A stretch of DNA of 64,000 nt from Cyanophora paradoxa CCMP329. Lineage: Eukaryota; Plantae; Glaucophyta. The stretch spans positions 1 through 64,000 of the forward strand of contig QPMI01000523.1 in assembly GCA_004431415.1 (NCBI GenBank). Reading direction: 5' to 3'. The stretch's first letter is position 1; the number at the start of each line of letters is the position of its first letter. Below are positions 10,418 through 22,921 of this stretch, in pieces. The notes below the pieces were generated by a model. That model saw only the letters and a list, made by a program, of their open reading frames with translations. It was not told the DNA's origin and ran no database searches. Both the position numbers and the translations under genes were made by a program.

Positions 10418-13400
10418 ATGAGCTTGAGGTTGATCACGATCGCGTGCTTCCTACTTTGCGTTTGGCCATGCATTTGCAGCGGTGAGTAATAATAACACTG
10501 AGTATACGTACACCGTGGCACGTGCTATAGCTCCCAATCCGCGCGCGGCCGCTATCGATCATGTGCATGTATCAATCCGATGCAGCGGCGCCGGCGTACA
10601 CCGGTACCGCGTCGGTGCAGGTCTCCGCGGTCGGCAGGGGGAGGCTGGTCGCGTGCACGTGGACCGCCTCCACCCCGGTTGTCCGCGACGCGAGCAGCTG
10701 CTGGTACGTGGGAATCGAATCACAGTCGAACATGGGAATTTTTCTGGTGCGAATGCGAGCGCGCGCGTGCGCGTTACGCGCGCGTGCGCGTGCGCGCAGT
10801 CGAGTGCAAGTTAAATTTCGAGCCCATGATCGTGCAAATGGTGCAGGTGCCGACTATTACCGACTGTTTTGAGGCTGGATCTACATCGGGAACAGAATGG
10901 TTGAGAATTCCAGATAGCCTCGCCGATGCTCCAGATGGACTGTACATCTGTACCTTGGTAGGACCCAATGACCAATGGATGGCGTCCAGCGGCGCATTCT
11001 CGATCTCAAGCAATGGTCCGCGATGCATACAATTGCGAAGCTACCCCATTGTAGTTTCTGTTCATTTGACATTTATTCTTGCAGCATACGAAGTCGCTCA
11101 CTTGGGCCGTGGATCTGGACCTTTATATGTCGGCGGCTCAATCTCTTGCGCGTGGACTGCTTACCCTCCGATCAACGCCGAGGAGGCAGGAGTGGACTTC
11201 TTCGCGGCTCTACTGATCATGTGTCCAGGGGAGACTTTGAATTCGCAATGTAAGTCTCTGACTCCATTCACATTTCAGGTATGATTATGAATTGTGGAAT
11301 TGAGTATTTGACTGGCCAGGGCACTTAAGCTTGAGGTTATATTTACCGTGCGCAGCTGGAGGCGAAGGAGGTGAACGGCACAGTAATCGACAGTCCAAAG
11401 TTTGCCTCGCCGGTCGGCAGAAACGGCACAGTCGTAGTGCACCCGGTTGGGGACGAGCAGCCGGGACAGTACCGCTGCGCTCTTCTCTGGGTTAGAAATT
11501 CACAGGCCTGGCCTGCTAATGGAGAGATTTTAAGAAACGTCGTGAGGTATTCTCAACCATTTCAAGTTTACCGTGCGCTTTGGATTCATAGTAGACCCGT
11601 TCTGGAATACTCACAGAAGTTTGTTTGCGCTGTGCTCGTTTTGTTTGTTTTCAACAGCGGCGGAATACAGCGTCTCCATCTCGCTTCCAAGCGAGCCTGA
11701 TCCTCAATTATATGCGAAGGGGATGACGTCAATTACATGCACTTGGTCAGCACTGCCCCTTCCAAGGAGCCGGATCACCGCAGCTGAATGCACCTACCTC
11801 AACCTTATAAAAACAGCACCCACGGAAACAAGTTTGGTGGTCAGCATACATGTATCAGTGCACGTGGCGCTGGTGTAATTCCTTAACGCGTTTTTCCTGT
11901 CGCAGGATGAATCTGATTGCTTGAATTCATCGAGTCCGGCGAAGATCAATTTCTTTGTGGCTTTTTCTGATCTGCCCGAGACGTACGAGGTGCTCTTGTA
12001 CAACTGGCACATTGATTCTCAATCATACAACAACGGCCAACTTCAGCTGTTTGAACACGATAAACTTCTTGCACGCAGCCCTTCAATCGCTGTCTTGGCT
12101 CCTCCCTACCGATTTTCCGTCAACGCATCGAATCTAAACGCTGGGCAGTGGATCAGCCGTGGGGGCCTACATGTTGGTATCGGCGACTGCACTTGGGAGT
12201 CGAACAGGCCCATGGCCATTCCGGGCGCTTCATCAACCGTTTCAGAGTGCTTCCTCGTTGACATCATAAGCGATCAAGAGCCAGCTACTATCGCTTATTC
12301 GAATGTTCGGGCATGCTTCTTTTTACGATTAAAGCTTAGACTGCTTCTTCTTGGCCGAGACTGATTCACGCGCCTGTAGGAGTCTGACTGTCTGACGAGT
12401 ACAAAAAATGTTCTTCGAATCCGGGATACCATTTCTTTCACAATCCGATTCTTGAATACGACCTTTAACCCATTCCGGTGCCGTGTTTTGTCAAGAAAAA
12501 AGTCGACGTCAACGCTCATAACGCAAACATTTGAGACTGTAGCGTCCAGCTCACCATTTCGTATTATCGGTGCGATTCTTTTTCGTCAAAAACAAATGAA
12601 AGCATTTGTATTTAAGCTCGATCGTAAATTTCATTGTTGAATGACGATGGAATTCGCGAACAGCCCCTGCGTATTCTGTCCAACTTGTGACTACCAATTC
12701 CGCGATCGAGGCCGGAGAGGCGGTGACATGTTCGTGGTCGCTGAACGCAGCCGCGGTCTCCGATCGGTTCAGCAGCTGTCTGATCGTTGCAATCTACGCG
12801 ACCTCGGCTTCTGACACCAGCGCGCCTCGATACGTGCGTAATGTAAATTATCATGCTCAACGAGAACTAAAATAGACGCTTCTTTGCAATTGCCCTTGTT
12901 GTCGTTCAGGGAAAGTCGGGCTGCTTGAAAATGACCGCTCCGACGTCGGCGAGCTTCGTGCTGGAGGGGCGGGAGTCCTTGACGGGCCCCTCGAGCTCCG
13001 ATCTGGCCTCACTTGGGGCTGCCTCCAAATTCTACGAATGCAGGCTAATTTCTTCAACTACGCCATCGGGAACAACAACGATATATGCATCGTTGGCAGT
13101 CTCGACAGATCAGTTTTTCATGAAAGGGCTACCAACGTTTTCGGTCACCGGGACTCTGCTTGGCCTCAACGCAAGATATATGACGACGGCAGCAGGGGGA
13201 AGCATAACGTGCAAGTAAGCCAGCCTTAGTTCGAATTCAACCTCAGAATCTATTAGCTAGATCTGATTCCGCGGGCACGTGCACTCATGATCAGGTGGAT
13301 TATCGACGGAACGCGCCCAAGTGCAGCGTCGGCAAATGGCGCCTGCTACTTTTCCGCTATTTCTATCAAGGGCAGCTCCCCGGACTCGTACTTATCCGAG

Positions 13401-14812
13401 GTGAGCGCTGCAACTTTCCGAGTTCTGTGCGTCATTTCGAGTCCAACAGTAATGCAGACTGGGACGGCCTGCGTTTCCGTGCCCCAAGAGAGCTCGAGGC
13501 TGACAGAAACAGCTGTGATCCCAATCCCAACCAAGGCCGCAGCGGGCACATACGAGTGCCGCTTCCTTTTCAAGTCGAGCCCCACCGGGGCGGCCTCCAC
13601 CGTGGCGTCAACATCCTCGTTCACGATCCTGCGTGCGCCTGCAGCTGCTGTTGTACGGCTTGCCGCGCCTGCAGTTGCAGCTAAAACCTCAGTTATGCAC
13701 TCGCAGAGCGCCCAGGAAGTCTGGTAATTAACACGACTGCGCAACCTCTACTGACATTCTCCTCGAGTTCTGCATCAAAATCCAAATGTACGCTCTTCAT
13801 CAATTTACGCATTCTACGCTCCTACGCTGCGAAATACTTCTACTAATCGCGCTGCTTCGAGCAGATGTGGTCACGCTCAAGCTTGACGGCGATTACGCCA
13901 CTTTTGTGCTGCTTTATGGGAGCGCTCACTTGAAGAACATCGTATTTAACAGTTTGAAATCGGGGCTCGCCGCTCTCTCTGCCGATTGGATGGTGCGCGT
14001 TCAAAGACTGGATTCGAGTCAATAAATGTAAATCGCATATGAGTTTAACGTGAAACAGATCGATGACGTGGGCGAGGGGAGCGTCCGCATTTCCATAGCG
14101 ACGTCCAGCAGCTCCTCTGATAAGGTCGAAGCCGCGCTCCGGGACTCGCTCGGCGGGGCCGGGGGGCGATCCTTCATGGGCCTCCCCGTGCTGTCCCTCA
14201 CGAACCCCGCCGGGAATTCGGTCCTGGTCGCGCCGATCACGTTCGATTCGAATTCGCGGCCGTTCACTCCGCCAGTGGACACACCCTTGGGCTCCGGCTC
14301 CGGCTCGATCGCAAGTGGTGGATACACCGGATATACCCCCCAGGCCCCTAAGATAACGATACCGACTTTCTCAGGCAAGATCTTCCAATTGCAACCGCCG
14401 GGGAATATTAATCCTTAAATTTCTCAAATTATTCTTATTCCGCAGAGAAGACTCCCGATGTCCCGAACGTAAAGATAATTGCAATTGCTGCGTCGGCAGG
14501 GTAAGATCAGGTTTATAATCGATTGCACTGCATTTTTACAATTGACTTTCTGTTTCCTGGCGCAGAGTCTCGGCGATCACAGGGGCGATTGCCGGGCTGA
14601 TCGTGCGGAGGCGGCGGCTGGCGCGCATGCGGCGCGTGGCGATCGGGCAGATGCCAGTCTCGCCCGCGTCGCCCCCGGCCTCCCTCCTCGTCCTCGGCTC
14701 CGCGTCCGTCTCCGCAAACTACAAGGTCGGAGTCGGCGCCGGCCAGCCGCAATACGTGGCGAGCCCGATGCTGGCGCGCGCCCCGGCACCGGCAGCGGTA
14801 CCGGACGTCTGA
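10418..14812 (+). CDS. Multi-exon type I membrane protein with about six repeated Cys/Trp beta-rich domains
   Basis: Signal-like MSLRLITIACFLLCVWPCICS followed by a GT donor. Recurring CxW...C...YxCxL modules. Hydrophobic IIAIAASAGVSAITGAIAGLIV followed by RRRR near 14475-14620. Exon boundaries are approximate. Confidence 0.6.
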
Positions 14813-15702
14813 TCATTATCCGTTCGCCACCGCGCGCGCCTGTTTCGGCTTCGGGCATTCTAGAAGAAGGCCGGATCTTCCTTTGCGCGAAGAAGGTTTT
14901 AAGAGGTAGTAATTGTTTCACCGTTTAGGTTGCCTAGAAGAAGAAGAGACCGGCCGCGCGGATTGTAGTTAGTGTTCATGAACGACGAATTTCAGGGAGA
15001 CTCGACCGCAGAACCAACTTGCAACAAAGAACGTCGACGTTGGGCCGATTTGTAATTTACGTAGATCGCGGTACCTATTGAACTCGGCCTAGATCTTGTA
15101 CAAGTCGACTCGGCGAGATTCAAATGATGGCCGTAATGATAATTTAACAGATAGCGATTGTACAGAACTGGCCCCCTTTGGTACTTTGGTATGATCACGG
15201 TACCTATTTCACTTGGTGTATACGTAGCTTTGGTCGAAATTGTTGAAGCTTTGCAGATAGCGAGTGTACAGATTTTGAACTGCAGCTGGCCCCCGGCACT
15301 CTAAATTTGGTAGAACAGAACTAAGTATACATTGGCTCGCGAGCCGGCTATAACTAGCTATATAGCCGAGCCCCGACGTCGAGTTAACTGAAATGAAATC
15401 TACTTGCGTTGCAATTCTCTTGCAAATAGCGGAGCTGGAGCTTTTTATATTTCAAGATGAAACCGACCGCGTTTTATATTTTATTTTTTTCTACACGCGC
15501 ATAAATTCTTTGGATCCAATAAGACATGACGTTCCTCACACGGAGCGTGCTAGCGTGCTAGCGCTGCAGGCCTGCTGCTTCACGGGCCTGCTGCGCCGGC
15601 GCGCAAGGCGATCTGAACGCTTGGGCCGGCGCGGGCTTGCGGCTCGGGGGGGGAGCGAGCGGGGGGGGGGGGGGGGGGGGGGGGCGGGGCGGGGCGGGCC
15701 CT

Positions 15703-18700
15703 CTAGCGGTTTGCCTTCTTGGGGCGCTTGGCCGGCCGCTCCTTCGGCTGGGACCCGGACCCCCCGGGGGCCCCGTCGCCCGCCCGCTTGCCGCTGGGGG
15801 CGCTTTTCGCAGCCCCGCGGCCCTTCGAAGTCGCGGGCGCCTCTTTGCGGCTGAGCGCGCACCGCCAAGTCAGGCCAGGATGAGGAGAAGCCGATATCGA
15901 AATTAAAGCCCGATGGTGAAGAGCTGAGGTATATGGACGCGCACCGCGAGCTCGAGTTGGAGGCGCGGGCGCCGGCCTTGGCGGCGGCGGCGGCGGCGCC
16001 TTCGTCGTCGTCCGAGGGGGCACCTCCTCCTCCTCCAGATCTCCCGCGTCGCCGCCGCCCGGCGCCTCCACCATCGCGGCGTCCTCGCCATGCGCCCCGC
16101 CGGCGCCGGAGGGACCGGCCGCAGGCGGCGGGGCCGGCGCGATGCGCTCGCTGAGCCGCGCGAATTCAGCCTCCTTCGCGTCCAGCGCCCGCTTCAGGTT
16201 GGCGAGGCCGCTCGCCGCCGCCGTGTAGGCGGCGGCCGCCCCCTGCAGCTCCCGCTCCGCTTCCGCTGCGCTTTTCTGCGAGGAGCGCGAATTCAATTTA
16301 TGATAACAATTTATTTACATGTAAGCCGGCACATCGATTTACAAATTAGAGCTTCGAGCCGCACCTGTTTGTCGACGAGGGACGCGAGGAAATCGACGCG
16401 GGCGGCGAGCCTGGCGTGCGCGGGGCGCCTGCGGCCGGGGAGGACGGCGAAGCAGGGGAAGTTCTCGCCGGGGCTGATCGGGTCCCCGCCCAGCGTCTGG
16501 ACGTCGCCGCGCGGGATGACGCGCAGGCCGACCAGCACGCGCTCCCCGGCCCGCTCCTCCACCTGCATCGCCGCCAGCTGCGCCCGCCGCGGCGTGTCGC
16601 GGTCGGCGGACTCGGACGCCGGTACCGGCGGGGGGTCGGGTCGGAGCGGGGCGCACGGCGCGGGAGATGGTGCCCTTGAGGTGCTCGCGCAGGTAGCGGT
16701 CCATGTCCTCCTCGCTCTCGAAGAGGACGCTGTCCTTGAGCACGCGGTACCAGTACGTGCCCCGCAGCTCCCGCCCCTCCGGCGCCCGCTGCGGCAAAGG
16801 AGCTAGGGTTAAACATTGGAACTCCGGGAGGGTGCTCGAGTGTCGAGATCAAGCTTAAGGTTCGAAAAGGGAAGACAGAAAAGGCGCGCAAACAAGGCAG
16901 GAAGCTCAAAGTCGTGCTGCGATGCAATCGCAGCGCCAACGCACCGGGTGGAGGGCGTTGACCATGTAGCGGCCGCGGTAGCGCTCCGGGATGGGCTCGA
17001 ACTCGACGGGGTCGGCGAGGTGCCGCTCCGGGCCCGACACGGGCCGCCCCGCCCCGTAGAAGAGGCGCCCGTCCGTCGAGGCGATGGGGAAGGCCGCAAG
17101 ACCCTTAAACCTGCGCAACCACCAACGTCGACGCGCCGGTGCTCAGCCGACGTCGTCGAAATGCTCGCGTGCGCACCGCCTCGAATTCTCGACCGCCCGC
17201 ACGTGCTCCTGCGTCGCAAATATCGCCGCCTGCTCGCGTACGAGTGCATCGGGATATCGATATCGGCTTCGAACTAATCGAGCGCCAACATGCATATGGG
17301 AGCTCGAGGGCACCTCCATGCGCTTGCGGCCGATGAAGCGCGCGATCGCCTGCGACTCGAGAAGGCCCTCCGCGGCGGCGAGGTCCGCGGCGATCCCGAC
17401 GAGGCCCGGGATCGGGTGCTTCTTGTGCGCCTCCCGCGCCCGCACCGCCGGCGCGGAGAATACGCTCGCCGGCCGGCCCTCCGGATCCTCCTGCTCCAGC
17501 CGCTCCTTCGCATCCTGCGCGCCGGAGCGTAAACGTGACTGGCTGCACAAATATAGAATCCTTAAGCTTAAAGAATAATCTCGCCTGCAGCTCTTTTAGC
17601 TTGGTCTCCGCCCAGTCGCCGCTCGGGCCGTTGGCGCCGGCAGCCGCCGGCCACTCCTCGCCCAGGCTACCCGGGCCGCGCTTGATCAGGGCCGCCTTTC
17701 CGGCTCTCGCATCCTTCAGCTTGCCTTCCCATTCCGCCTTGCTCTTCTCGGCCTGCGCGCGGTTCAATCTACATGTACATGTACAGGCGGCATCGCAATT
17801 GAACAATTAATATTGCAAGGGACCTGGTCGAGCGCGGAGGCAGCCGCCTCTTCTTCTCTGCGGAGGGCGGCGATATCTTCCCCGAGCTGCAAGCACTTCG
17901 CCCGGTCCGCCTCTACGAAGAAAGCCCCAGACCATGATCAGGCGCAGGGATGCAAATGGACGATTCCAGTGAAACGGATTCGCACCGCTAACGAAGGAGA
18001 CACGCTGCTTGTCGACCGTGAACTCCGGAACGTTGTCGCCGGACACCGTGAAGCGCAGCCGGTACTGCGTGCTGCTGGGCGCCTGCACGCGTTCGCGCGC
18101 GCACTGTCAGCAATTCTTAAGCTAGATCTAGAGGGCGCAGCTGCAGATAAGGCTTTAGAATGGCTCAATTAAAAATGGTTTGAATTCGTATTTACGTTGT
18201 GTTTGAGGGGGAAGCCCTCGAAGACGGCGGGGCCCTCGGGCCCCTCGTAGACGCGCCCGTCGGCGCACAGGACGAGGCCGCCGGGGTCGCCCTCCAGCGC
18301 GATCGTCATCATGACGTCGAGGGCCTGTCGCGCGCGGTTGCCGTGCGCGTCGACCACGCTGGCGTGGAGGGTCGGGACGGGCTGGCGGCTTTCCAGCGCG
18401 AGGTGCTGCGTCTCGGCGAGCTCGACGCCCACAGGGGGGCCTGCCGGTGCGCCCGCAGTCAGGGACTTCGAATTAATTTCAACGCCGAGAACTCGGGGGG
18501 GTCAATCGCGGGCGGACCCGGGGAGACGTGCAGCGTCGCGACCTTCCACCCCTCGCCGCGCTCGCCGATCGCAGCCTCCTCGCCCTGGCGCCCCGCCTCC
18601 GGGGCCACGTAGAGGTAGTACGTGCCGGCGACCTTCGGCGCCGCCGCGCCCTGGAAGGCGTAGGCGATCCCGCCGCCGGCCCCCTCGCCGCCCGACGCAG

Positions 18701-20205
18701 ACGGGCTGCCCGGCACGCTCTCCATGCTGACGCGGCGGGAGAGCACGGCGGGCTGTCCCCGGGGGGCCGGCGTGGCGGTGAGGAGGAGCGACGCCCCTTC
18801 GGGGAGAACGAAGGGCTTCTGGTCTAGCTTCTCGCCGGGTGCGGGCGTGCAGAGAGCTTCCGAAAAGAGGCGAACCTGCTCTGAATGTTGGCGAAATGAA
18901 CTATCAATTCAAAACGAATGAAGGCATCGCATACCCGCAGCGCCAAAGGATCGCCCGCGGAGGCCTCGATGACGGGGCCAATCTTCTTGTCGTGCTTCAC
19001 CGGGGGGTCGCACGCGTCGTCGACCAAATGGGCCTCTCCAAAGACTGTCGTGCTCGGCTTGACCGCCATTACGAATTCAGCCTGAGACAGAGCCAGCGCA
19101 ACGCGTCAAAGACACTGTTGCCGAATTGCGCGAAGAATTATGAGAACAACGCGACCGCACACCGAGAGATCTTCAAGACCGGCCCCGTCCAAATCGACCC
19201 GAACTCGGACGCCGTTTGCCGCAACATGCGACAGTCGGTGCGAAACGCTGCAGTCCAACTTGTAGCCCGCGAAGTCAGCCTTGCCGTGATGGAATTGTGC
19301 CGTGCCAGGCCCAACAGCCCGCCACCGCAGGTTTGATCCATCGCTGTCCACCGTCATCGTGACTTTCGCCGTGCCTGTCCTCAGCGCAGAGTGTAAGACA
19401 CGGCGCAGGCGCGCCGTCAAGCCGCAGGGGATGCAAGGAGTGCACCGTTGAATCGGGTGACGGCATCGTACTCGTCGAGGAGGACGAGGGCGACGCGGAC
19501 GAGCTCGCCGTTCTTGACTTCCAGCCTGCAGTGCTCATTCGAAATCCCCTGAGAGTCCGGCTTCATAAACGCCAGCTTCTTGGGCGGGCCTGCAAGGATA
19601 CCGCGATGTCAGAGCTCGAGCAAACTCGAATCCTGCAGCGGCCGAGATCGGGCGAGCTGCGAGCTGCGATATTGAACGGGCGAGCCGCGGATGATGGGGC
19701 GCACCAGGGACGATGGTGAGGGCGACGGAGAGCGGCCGGCCGATGGAATTCGAGGACCCGTCGGCGTCGGAGAGAGCGGTGACTTCCAGCGTGACCTCGT
19801 CGTCGAGGGCGCCCGGGCCGTGCCTGTAGAGGGCCCAGCCGTCCACCTCCGCCTCGCCGTCCTCGTCCGTTTTCGCCGAGGTCTCGTGAATCGATTGCGC
19901 TTGTCCTGGCGAGGGATTTCACTGTACAGCTCTGAGAAACCACGCGAAAATCCCATACCATTCTTAAAGGTGAAGCCTGCGCCTTCTGGAAGGCGAAGGG
20001 CGAAGCGGAACGTCCGGTGAGCGCACGGGTCGCCGGCCTTGGTGAGCACCTGCGCGGGAGGGTGCACGGCTATTATTAGGGGCGGCCGCGGCACGGGTGC
20101 GCAATATTTGTGCGAAAGCGACGTCGACCTTCACGGCGAGAGCGCTGCCCGAGCCTAGCTCGACGTCGACTGTCTCGCTGATGGCCTTGACCTCGTTCGG
20201 AATGT
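15703..20205 (-). CDS. SMCHD1/GMI1-like protein, 3' half (beta-rich linker, coiled coil, SMC hinge), multi-exon
   Basis: PIPGLVGIAADLA...SQAIARFIG, YMVNAL, LRGTYWYRVLKDSVLFESEEDMDRY and VQTLGG resemble the SMCHD1/DMS3-type hinge, flanked by coiled coils. In phase with the exon at 47079 across the virus-containing intron. Confidence 0.65.
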
Positions 20206-20207
20206 CT

Positions 20208-20213
20208 GGTGAA
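20208..20213. repeat. Target-site duplication GGTGAA (left)
   Basis: Repeated at 46990-46995; could alternatively be read as 8-bp TGGTGAAA. Confidence 0.85.
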
Positions 20214-21073
20214 ACACATAGTAAAATGCGGAGTTTTAACCCTCGGCTTAATCTTAATTGATTTTGTTGATATATCTCGTATATTCTATTTCAATCAATC
20301 GATAATCTGTGTATATCTTATCGAATATTCATTTATTTCGATTATTTTGTATTCTTTTCGATATTTTATCGTAAATTTCTCTTATTTTCCGATTAGTCTT
20401 ACTGAGTTAATCGATAATCTGTATATATTTCCGAATAATATAACTGAATCTCAATTAGATCTTGCCTCTGGTTAAAACTCCGCATTTTACTATGTGTGAT
20501 TGGTCTGTTTGTTAATTGATTTAATCGATATTATATTCATGTACTTTCTCGATTAAATTTAATTAAATTTAATTCATTTAATCGGAAATATATCGCTAAA
20601 CTCGATTAAGATCCATAAAAGATTCATTTGTTAAATAAAACAAATCGATCTCTTATTGAATTCAATCGTAATTATACATGAAACTTATATGATTTTATCA
20701 TTGTTTTGTTGAGTCTAAGGGGGGACCCTTAGGATTTTTGAAATAATTGGGTGTGACAGGTGTGACAGGTGTGACAGGTCCATCCCAAGGAAAGTCCTAG
20801 TGAGAAATTGATTTTGAAAATCCACGGGATAGACCTGTCACACCTGTCACACAAACCATATTCAGTAAGGACCTCATATATTGGTAAAATCTCAGTGTTA
20901 GTTGGTGTAGTTGATTCAAAAAATGCATTTATACTCTGATTCATTGTTATTTCCTGTGAAATTTGAGTCAACTCAACCCACTTAGTCAACCCTTGCATTG
21001 AATTCGTAACAAAATCCATATACTTTTACTACTTTTACGATTAATATGAGTCAACCTTGAGTCCACTTAAATA
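20214..21073. repeat. Left terminal inverted repeat (~860 bp)
   Basis: Reverse complement of 46130-46989; I saw one substitution (~20961). Confidence 0.95.
20751..20852. repeat. GTGTGACAG iteron hairpin (3 direct plus 2 inverted copies), candidate replication origin
   Basis: (gtgtgacag)x3 - spacer - (ctgtcacac)x2; also at 38614-38715 and 46351-46452. The origin role is inferred. Confidence 0.7.
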
Positions 21074-21344
21074 TAAATATAATATAATAGGGGGAATCAA
21101 GGGGAGATGCTGAGTGTTATTGTAAGGAAATCGAATAGTATTCGAAATACTTGACATTGCTTAATGTAGGGTGCATTCATATTTCGGCTACATCATACAG
21201 TAGAATTCTATTGTAACAAAAGCTACTGTAGAAAGAAAATCATTGTAGAAAGCTATTGTAGGAAAGGATATATTATATCCTTTTTTAACGATTGCCATTG
21301 TAATAAAAAAGGTAAATTACCCTGTTTATCATTATAGAAACCCA

Positions 21345-21743
21345 TCAAAACGGGAATCTATCATGTTTATGTCTCTCAGTCTTCTCAAATGTTAAGAAAT
21401 TCATTGTTTTATCGATCTCATCTGCAACTGCTTGTGTTTTATGCTGAGCTTCTTTACCACAACTGAATATATCAATTGCTAACATGCCTTCATTGGAATA
21501 ACAATGAGCTGTGCAATGGCTTTCATCTAATAGCAGAACCAATGCAAAACCAGGAGGTGATAGTTTGCCATCAAATATCTCACAATGCTTATGAACAATC
21601 CTAATACCTTGTCTCAATACTGCTTGTTCAAGGGTTCCCATAATCCAATTACCTAGGAAGCTAACATGCTCATAACCTGTTGCTATAGCTGATTTAGCCT
21701 TGTAATCAAGCATAACATGAAAGCCTCTGTATTTAGTCTCCAT
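21345..21743 (-). CDS. speD: S-adenosylmethionine decarboxylase proenzyme, prokaryotic type
   Basis: G.HVMLDY...PPGFALVLLLDESHCTAHCY...AIDIFSCG, including the E-SH autocleavage motif; 132 aa. Confidence 0.85.
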   Translation of the reverse strand: METKYRGFHVMLDYKAKSAIATGYEHVSFLGNWIMGTLEQAVLRQGIRIVHKHCEIFDGKLSPPGFALVLLLDESHCTAHCYSNEGMLAIDIFSCGKEAQHKTQAVADEIDKTMNFLTFEKTERHKHDRFPF

Positions 21744-21766
21744 TAAGAATACCTTAGAAAAATTAA

Positions 21767-22039
21767 CTAGTCAAACCTAATGCAAATATCCCTATACTCT
21801 ACTCTGATTGATGAAGTAGCTCTTTTCCTGTGTGCTTGACTCTTTCTTTTGTTACAGTCCCTGCAACCTGATCCCTTCACATGATTAAAGGGATAGGTAA
21901 GGATCACCTTATTACACTGCAAACATCTCACAGATACTTTCTCTTGAGCTTTGATGTAATGTGTCTCACTGTAATCGAATTTATCTTTACCATGAACTGT
22001 CATAGCAGCATCAATAAACTTTTTTGTTTTACTATCCAT
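21767..22039 (-). CDS. Small zinc-ribbon protein (DUF723-like)
   Basis: FIDAAMTVHGKDKFDYS...CLQC...NHVKGSGCRDC; same module as repeated in 35170-36101. Confidence 0.65.
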   Translation of the reverse strand: MDSKTKKFIDAAMTVHGKDKFDYSETHYIKAQEKVSVRCLQCNKVILTYPFNHVKGSGCRDCNKRKSQAHRKRATSSIRVEYRDICIRFD

Positions 22040-22061
22040 ACTCTATATATAACCAATATTC

Positions 22062-22898
22062 TTATGGAGCAGTATCCTGTCCAAAAATGGGGAAATATCG
22101 ATTTGTGCCATAATACTCAGCATAGGTATTCTGCCTTGCAATAAAATCGGTTCTCTCAGCATATAATACACACTTGTAGATACCAAACTTGGTGGCTCTC
22201 ACCAGAAACTGATAGTCTTCCAAACCGAAATTGACTCCATGATAAGCAATACCAAAATTATCATATGGGGTGATCACAACTGCAAAATTAGGAGTTCCAC
22301 CCTCTACTTGACATACAGCATATACATCTGGTGGGATATCCACAACTACCTTGTAGTGGTCACCAATTTCAACAAGAGAGTCTACTACTGCTGTTTGTTC
22401 ATTTACAACAATGGGGAATATCTTTATAATGTATGGGGCATTCATGCTGGGGACATAGGTTCGAATTCTTGTGTTAGGATCAATGGGATTGGGTTGATCA
22501 TTCACAAATAGAGGCGCTCCAACAGCCCCACCAACCCTAAGACCATCACCAATATAAGCTCCCCCCGATTTGCAGTTAATAGCTCCAGACCTAGATTCAA
22601 AAGAATAAGTAGACAGAGGATCTCCATAGCTATCTGGGTCTCCATAATGAGCAGAAAAGTTTGCATTGGTAACAAGTAGCTTAGTTGTCTTAACTAATCC
22701 ATTATTTTTATCACATCTGAGTTCCTGCAATCTCAGTTTGTGGGTGGAACCAAAGGTGTTCATTGTAGGTTGGACCTCTGTGGATGGGAGACCCTCTACA
22801 TCATCAAATGTAGCATGCTGCAGAACATGGTTTGCTGGGGCAGCTAATGATAGCTGTGGTGTTATAATTCGCTCTATTGGTGTGGGTGCCTCTGCCAT
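22062..22898 (-). CDS. Hypothetical virion or fiber-associated protein, paralog of 22922-23767
   Basis: Shares V.GL.STE...ELR.DKN.G.VKTT.LLVTNANF...SGGA.IG.G.RV.G with its neighbour. Confidence 0.6.
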   Translation of the reverse strand: MAEAPTPIERIITPQLSLAAPANHVLQHATFDDVEGLPSTEVQPTMNTFGSTHKLRLQELRCDKNNGLVKTTKLLVTNANFSAHYGDPDSYGDPLSTYSFESRSGAINCKSGGAYIGDGLRVGGAVGAPLFVNDQPNPIDPNTRIRTYVPSMNAPYIIKIFPIVVNEQTAVVDSLVEIGDHYKVVVDIPPDVYAVCQVEGGTPNFAVVITPYDNFGIAYHGVNFGLEDYQFLVRATKFGIYKCVLYAERTDFIARQNTYAEYYGTNRYFPIFGQDTAP

Positions 22899-22921
22899 TT
22901 TACATTAAAGGGATATATCTT

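Noticed and set aside
20207-20214. 8-bp TSD TGGTGAAA with CAC...GTG termini, and a resemblance to RAG/Transib signal sequences
   Set aside because: Formally possible, but the inner copies of the terminal 28-mer include the extra A/T, favouring ACAC...GTGT ends and a 6-bp TSD. The RSS similarity is limited to CACA.
20751-20852. CRISPR-like array from the GTGTGACAG repeats
   Set aside because: These are 9-bp abutting repeats with no unique spacers and no cas genes.
20209-21019. ORFs within the TIRs (20209-20475, 20729-21019 and their mirrors 46184-46474, 46728-47000)
   Set aside because: They are low-complexity translations of AT-rich repeat and hairpin DNA; two cross the element boundary, and they are duplicated only because of the TIR.
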